A DNA stretch of 63,035 nucleotides, filler included, from Malassezia furfur (taxonomy: Eukaryota), in NCBI GenBank assembly GCA_052055015.1. It is 41 parts of 41 records of this genome, joined end to end, with 100 filler letters (N's around TTAATTAATTAA, not from the genome) between each part and the next. Parts side by side here need not be neighbours in the genome. Positions count along the whole stretch, not along the records: positions 57,187 to 58,575 come from JBQJIT010001173.1; positions 58,676 to 60,063 come from JBQJIT010001174.1; positions 60,164 to 61,551 come from JBQJIT010001175.1; positions 61,652 to 63,035 come from JBQJIT010001176.1; 37 more parts are not named here. The stretch is one strand, 5' to 3'. Below are positions 57,187-63,035 of this stretch, in pieces. Both the position numbers and the translations under genes were made by a program. Under the pieces are notes generated by a model. That model ran no database searches. It was not told where the DNA came from and saw nothing but the letters and a program-made list of their open reading frames with translations. Each line of letters begins with the position of its first letter. Within the stretch, counting starts at the first letter, position 1.

Positions 57187-58575
57187 GCCGCGCCGAGCGC
57201 CGCGGGCGCCGCACCGTCCGCCGGCGCCTGGAACTCGGCGAGCGGCACCGGGTCCATGAGCGTCGCGCCGAGCTCGGCGTTGAGCACGCGGATGACCGTG
57301 TCGCGCTCGCCGATGTGGTTGTACAGGAGGATGGCGTCCGTGGTGCGCTGCTCGCGCTCGCACTGCTCCGCGGCCGAGTGCACGATGCGCCGCACAAACG
57401 CGCGCTGGTCGTCGAGGTGCAGCAGGTCGAGGTGCTGCTCGACGAGCCCGGGCACGGGCGTGCCGTCGGCGCGCGTCGTGCCGAGCAGCTCGACGAAGCT
57501 CGACGAGGGCGCGTCGAGGATCAGGCCGCGCACCAGCTCGTGGCAGCGCTGCACCTGCTCGGCGCCGACCGGCGCGGGCGCATCGGCGTTCAGGCTGAGC
57601 ACGCTGATGTACGCGAGCGCCTCGCGCGGCGCCGAGGACGCAAACGCGCGCGCGTACCGCTGCACCATCTTGGCGAGGTCGACGTACGCCACGCCGCGCA
57701 CGACGCTCAGCAGCTCGAACTGCGACGCGTCTGCCGCGGCGGGCACGCGCAGCAGGCCGTAGTAGGTGAGTGCGATGGCAAAGTGCACCGCGTCCACCTG
57801 GTACGCGGGCTGCGCGTACAAGAACGCCACGGCGCGCTCAAACTCGCCGACGAGCACGAGCAGCTGGAAGTAGTGCAGCGGGCGCGTGCCCTTCGGGTCG
57901 AAGTGCGCCGCGCCGTACTTGTCGAGCTTGCCCGCGAGGTCGCGCAGCGTCAGCGCGCGCAGCGTCGGGTCCTGCGCCTCGCCGTCGCCGGGCGCCTCGC
58001 ACGTGAGGCACAGCTGGAGCCAGAGCCAGTTCTCCGTGCTCCCGACGAGCGCCGCGGGGAACTTTTTCGCGACGTCGAAGCGGCCCATCAGCCGGTACAG
58101 CGCATAGTGGTACGGGTCCTGCGCGTCGAGCGCCGTGGCGCGGAAGCGCGTCACGTACTCGGCCATGAGGTGCTCGCGCATGGCGCGCGGCAGCTGCCGC
58201 GCCGGCGCGTCGAGCCACGCCTTGAAGTACGCGAGGAACGCGCCGTCCGCGCGCTGGAGCACCGCCTCGTTCGCGTGCGCACACTGCAGCGCCTCGGCAG
58301 CGTGCCCGGTGCGCACGAGGTAGAAGAGGTGCGCCCACAGCGGCGTGTCCGTCTCGCTATCCATCTCGCGCGCGACGCCCGCGGGCCACGCACCCTGCGG
58401 CGTGCGCAGCTGCGCACGCAGGAACGCGGCGACGGTCGCCCGCACCGTCGGCACACCGCCGCGCTGCGCCTGCAGCGGCGCCGCGGCGATCACCTGCTCC
58501 ATGTACGCGGCAAACTGCGCCTCCAGGTAGGCGCGCGCGCCGGCGACCCCCGCCTCGCGCAGCGCCGCGCCCGGC
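57187..58575 (-). CDS. NIC96: Nucleoporin Nic96/Nup93, internal fragment
   Basis: PLWAHLFYLVRTG, DPYHYALY, TENWLWLQL, KYGAAHF, GEFERAVAFL..VDAVHFAIALTYYGLL. Confidence 0.92.
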
Positions 58576-58675
58576 NNNNNNNNNNNNNNNNNNNNNNNNN
58601 NNNNNNNNNNNNNNNNNNNTTAATTAATTAANNNNNNNNNNNNNNNNNNNNNNNNNNNNNNNNNNNNNNNNNNNN

Positions 58676-60063
58676 CGGCGTCGAGGGCCCCGACGTGATC
58701 CACACGGACGCGGCGTTTGCCGAGGTGCTGAGCCCCGCCGCGGAGCGTCTGCACCTTGCCGAGCACGCCGTGCCCGACGCGGCCGGCGAGGAGCACACGC
58801 TGTGCATCAGCGTGGACTGCAAGGGCCTGCGCGGCGCGGACGGCCGCAAGTATCTGCTCGACGTGTCGCGGACGTGCCCCGTGGACGTGGCGTTCCTGGA
58901 GCGCGACACCACCGGCGCGGTGCTCGAGGGCTCCGAGGCGCCGACGTACCCCCACCGCCTGACGCTGCTCCGCCCCGAGCTCGTCGAGCTGTACTACGAC
59001 CATGCGCTGCGCGAGTTTGCGCGTGCCAAGCTCGCGAACAAGGACCCGAACGAGGAGACGCCCGCGCGCATCGACGTCGCCGACTTCCGTCTGACGTTCA
59101 ACCCCGACGCGTTTGTCGAGTACAGCGTGCAGGGCAACGTCGTCGTGCCGGTGCGTGACGAGAGCGACCCTAGCGTGCGTGCGGTGCGCGACGCGGGCGC
59201 CTACCTGCGCGACACGGCGATCCCCCGCTTTGTGAGCGACGTCGCGGCTGGCCTCGTGTCGTGTGCGGACGGCATGGCTCTGGCGCAGCAGCTGCACGCG
59301 CGCGGCATCAACCTGCGCTACCTCGGCCGCATCGCGCACCTGTGCCAGCCGTCGCAAAAGGAGCAGCTGGACGAGCGCATCGTCGCCAAGCTGGGCCCCG
59401 GCCACGAGGCGCTGTTGGCGTCGATGCGCCGCGTCGCGATCCAGACGATGGTGGTGCGCGCCGCCAAGCATGCGGTGCGCCGCCAGCTGCGCGGGGCACT
59501 GCCGACCGCCGTCGCGCCGTGCATCGCCCACGTGCTCAACTGTCTGCTCGGCACCGAGGTCGAGGCGAACCCGAAGCCGGTCGTGCCCGCGGCGCCGTTT
59601 GGCGAGCGCGGCACCTCGGCGTGGGCCTCGCTGACGCCCGCGGCGCTTGCCGACGAGCTGCGTGCGTGCGTGCGTGCGCGCTTCCGCTTCGAGCTGCCCG
59701 AGGACGCGCTGGCGACGCTGCACAAGCCGCAGGTGCTGCGTGAGCTGTGCATGGCCCTGGGCGTCCAGCTGCGTGCGCAAGAGTACGTCTTTGTGAAGCG
59801 CGCGGCGCCGGCGCCCACGTCGGCACCGAAGAAGCAGAGCGCCAAGGAGAAGAAGGCACAGGCACAGGCGCCGCCGCCGCGGTCGACGACGTTTGTGCCG
59901 GAGGACGTGCTGAACGTCGTGCCGCTCGTCAAGACGTCGACGCCCAAGAGCGCGCTCGTCGAGGAGGCCTTTGAGGCAGGGCGCCTCGCGTTTGCGCGCG
60001 GCGACCGTGAGCTCGGCACGGAGCTGCTGCTCGAGGGCATCGGCTTCCACGAGCAGGTGTACG
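58676..60063 (+). CDS. CLU1: Clustered mitochondria protein Clu1/CLUH, internal fragment
   Basis: SVDCKGLRGADGRKYLLD, YPHRLTLLRPELV, FNPDAF, LHARGINLRYLG, VLRELCMALGVQL. Confidence 0.92.
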
Positions 60064-60163
60064 NNNNNNNNNNNNNNNNNNNNNNNNNNNNNNNNNNNNN
60101 NNNNNNNTTAATTAATTAANNNNNNNNNNNNNNNNNNNNNNNNNNNNNNNNNNNNNNNNNNNN

Positions 60164-61551
60164 GACGCTGCGACGCCGCCGGCGCCCTCCACCGAGCCGC
60201 CCAGCGCGCCGCCGGCGCCCGACGCGGTCGTTGCGTACGTGCCGCCGCGCCTCTTTTTCCCCGAGCCGCACGGGCCGCACCGCAACATGCTCACGGACGA
60301 CACGGGCGCAACGCTGTATGGCCTGCGCGACGACACGCTCGTGGTGCGCGGCCAGTGTCTCCTGACGGTCGTGCACGGCGCCGTGCGTGCGAGCGGGGCG
60401 CTTCGGACGCCGTCGACGCCCGCGCTCGTCGTCCTCGCGCCGGACGTGTACCCCGCGCTCGAGGTCGCTGCGGAGCCGAGCGACGCGGCGTCGCCCGCAC
60501 CGCTCGCGGGCTATGCCGCCGTGGTGCGCCTTGCGCCGCTCGGCACCGGCCTCGAGGCGATCGGGCGCGTGTGCCCCGTCGCGGGCCTCGACCCGCTCCC
60601 GCCGATGCCCGTGCTCGCGCGCGACACCGCGCAGGACGCGCTGCGTGTGCCGGACGAGTGGGCGGCGGCGCTCGCGGCGCTGCACGACGCGCCGGCGTGC
60701 GTCGGCGTCGTGCGCGGCCCCAAGAACGCGGGCAAGTCGGCGCTCGCGCGCCTCGCGCTGCATACCCTCCTTGCGCGCCACCGGTTCGTCGCGTTCCTCG
60801 ACGCGGACGTCGGGCAGCCCGAGTTTGGGCCGCCGGGGTTCGTCGCGCTGCACATCCTGGACGCGCACGAGCCGCTCGTGTACGGCCCGTCGTGGGCCGT
60901 GCCGCGCGTCGCACAGCGCGCGCACTTCTTCGGCGACGTGACGCCGCGCGACGACCCGCAGCGGTACGCGGCGCACGTCGCGGACCTGATCGCCTTCTAC
61001 CACGCCGAGCTGCAGCACTACCGCGACGACGCACGCATCCTGCACCTGCTCCACAGCGCGGTGCCCCCGCGGCCGCACCGCGCCGACTACACGATGCCGC
61101 TCGTGGTAAACACGCACGGGTGGACCAAGGGCCTGGGCGCCGACCTCGTGGCGCAGGCGACGCAGCACCTGCGCCCGACGCACGAGTGGGCGCTCGACAC
61201 GCCGGCGCTCCCCGCGTTCGGCGACACGCCGTGCGGCCGCCATGCGGCGCTCGCGCGGCGGCGGCGCCTCAATGCCGCCGAGACGCGCACGCTCGCCCTC
61301 GTCGCGTACCTGCACGCGACGCAGCTCGTCGCGCCGGGCGCGCCCGTGCCGCGGTATGTGTGTGCGCCGCTCGTCGCGCGCGTGCCGTGGGTCGTCGACG
61401 TGTCGACGGGCGTGCGCGGCGGCCTGCAGATCCTGCCGCTCGGCGGCGAGGTCGCGCGGCCGCTCGCGCTGCATGCGCTGAACGGCGCGCTCGTCGCGCG
61501 CGTCGCGCATGCGCCCCCGGAGGACGCGGTGGCCGACGTGCCCGCGCGCGA
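60164..61551 (+). CDS. GRC3: Polynucleotide 5'-kinase Grc3/Nol9, internal fragment
   Basis: P-loop GPKNAGKS, FLDADVGQPEFGPPG, AHFFGDVTPRDDP, PLVVNTHGWTKGLG, LHALNGALVA. Confidence 0.88.
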
Positions 61552-61651
61552 NNNNNNNNNNNNNNNNNNNNNNNNNNNNNNNNNNNNNNNNNNNNTTAAT
61601 TAATTAANNNNNNNNNNNNNNNNNNNNNNNNNNNNNNNNNNNNNNNNNNNN

Positions 61652-62885
61652 CAAATCGTCTCGCCGACCTCGACGACGTACGCACCGAGCGCCGGTGCGG
61701 CGCCGCCCGTGGTGCCGGCGGCCGTGCCGCCCGGCGGCGTGGTGCCGTCACCGCACAAGGTGGTCGCACAGGCCACAGCGCCGCCCGCCTCGTCGACGGT
61801 GCCGATGCCCGCATCGTCGCAACGCAAGGTGACGCTGAACGACTTCAACTTCCTCGCGGTGCTCGGCAAGGGCAACTTCGGCAAGGTGATGCTCGCCGAG
61901 GAGAAGACGACGGGCACGCTGTATGCCATCAAGGTGCTCAAGAAGGAGTTTATCATCGAGAACGACGAGATCGACAGCACGCGCTCGGAGAAGCGCGTGT
62001 TTTTGACCGCCGCGCGCGAGCAGCACCCGTTCCTGCTGGGCCTGCACTCGTGCTTCCAGACCGAGACGCGCGTTTACTTCGTGATGGAGTACGTCAGCGG
62101 CGGCGACCTCATGCTGCACATCCAGCGCGAGCAGTTCAACTTGCACCGTGCCAAGTTTTATGCGGCCGAGGTGCTGCTTGCGTTGGAGTACTTCCACAAG
62201 CACGGCATCATCTACCGCGACCTCAAGCTCGACAACATTATGCTCACGCTCGATGGCCACATCAAGATTGCCGACTACGGCCTCTGCAAGGAGGGCATGT
62301 GGTACGGCAACACCACCTCGACCTTCTGCGGCACGCCCGAGTTCATGGCGCCCGAGATTCTGCTCGAGCAGCGCTACGGCCGTGCAGTGGACTGGTGGGC
62401 ATTTGGTATTCTGCTCTACGAGATGCTCCTGGGCCAGGCGCCGTTCCGTGGCGACGACGAGGACGAGATCTTTGACGCGATCCTCGAGGACGAGCCGCTG
62501 TACCCGATCCAGATGCCGCGCGAGTCGGTGTCGCTGCTGCAGCGCCTGCTCACGCGCGACCCTGCGCGGCGCCTGGGCGCAGGCCCCAACGACGCAGACG
62601 AGGTCAAGGCGCACCCCTTCTTCCGCGACGTCAACTGGGACGACCTACTCCACAAGCGTGTCCCGCCGCCGTTCTGCCCGACGCTCAAGAACGCGAGCGA
62701 TACCACGTGGTTCGACACGGAGGTACGTTGTCTCTCTACTTACCCGCTAGTTCACCAGCGAAAAACCGACGCTGACGCCGGTGCACAGCGTGTTCTCGGC
62801 CAAGGACCAGGCCGAGTTCCGCGACTTCTCCTGGTACGTCCCCCGCACGCACTGACCACGCAGGACCGCCCCGCACGTGCTGTAG
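61652..62885 (+). CDS. PKC1: Protein kinase C (Pkc1), kinase domain and C-terminal tail (two micro-introns)
   Basis: [76 protein letters not shown]. The true frame is not in the ORF track. Confidence 0.95.
62723..62750 (+). other. Spliceosomal micro-intron, 28 nt (GTACGTTGTCTCTCTACTTACCCGCTAG)
   Basis: Restores the AGC tail FDTE-FTSEKP. Confidence 0.9.
62834..62863 (+). other. Spliceosomal micro-intron, 30 nt (GTACGTCCCCCGCACGCACTGACCACGCAG)
   Basis: Consensus donor, branch and acceptor. Spliced end FSWTAPHVL*; unspliced end FSWYVPRTH*. Confidence 0.75.
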
Positions 62886-63035
62886 ACCTCCACATGTCAC
62901 ATGGCAATTCGTATAGTTTTGGATCAGTTCACACGGTCTCGGCCGAGTCTGCGCCTTTTCGCATGTCGGCAGCGCTTGCATCTCGCCCTTGTGCTCCTCC
63001 AGCTCTTCTTCGCAAGATGCCGAAGTACGTGGTCG

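Noticed and set aside
1505..61651. Regularly spaced identical TTAATTAATTAA elements resembling a repeat array or CRISPR-like structure
   Set aside because: They are embedded in fixed N-runs, are exactly 100 bp, and separate size-sorted contigs. They are artificial six-frame-stop linkers.
1..63035. Hundreds of long overlapping Arg/Ala/Pro-rich ORFs on alternative frames and strands
   Set aside because: Expected from very high GC with strong GC3 bias, which makes stops scarce. Only one frame per region has recognisable motifs.
1..63035. High GC and density suggesting a bacterial (actinobacterial) origin or operons
   Set aside because: All recognisable genes are eukaryotic or fungal (exocyst, nucleoporin, ERMES, PKC) and contain GT-AG introns.
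62886..63035. Possible minus-strand gene end downstream of PKC1
   Set aside because: Too short, and no frame gives a recognisable or clearly coding sequence.

Overview
This is not one continuous locus. It is a concatenation of 41 short assembly contigs, sorted by decreasing length from about 1504 to about 1384 bp. They are joined by 40 identical artificial 100-bp linkers (N44-TTAATTAATTAA-N44, stops in all six frames), so neighbourhood across linkers means nothing. The DNA is very GC-rich, gene-dense and eukaryotic. It holds fragments of fungal housekeeping genes (SEC8, ALG6, MSS1, MDM10, VTC4, TIM44, UBP3, EMG1, SSK1, GEA2, VTS1, eIF4G, DGK1, EDE1, NIC96, CLU1, GRC3, PKC1 and others). I infer a compact basidiomycete yeast of the Malassezia type; this is not database-confirmed. 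Main observations: (1) 19 spliceosomal micro-introns of only 21-30 nt (median 23), mostly GTACGT...CT(G/A/C)AC-(G/C)CAG, with the branch point fused to the 3' splice site. Most restore a conserved protein motif when removed. (2) Two diverged copies of the same genes (UFD4 at about 89% aa identity; EMG1 with different intron sequences), suggesting a hybrid or mixed genome, plus chimeric contigs. (3) Convergent genes whose stop codons abut or overlap, with a recurrent CTATACA motif in the tiny 3' spacers. (4) A Crh/Utr2-type GH16 with all three catalytic carboxylates replaced. (5) An apparently stripped-down U2-associated SR140 homologue. I saw no rRNA, tRNA, CRISPR or transposon.
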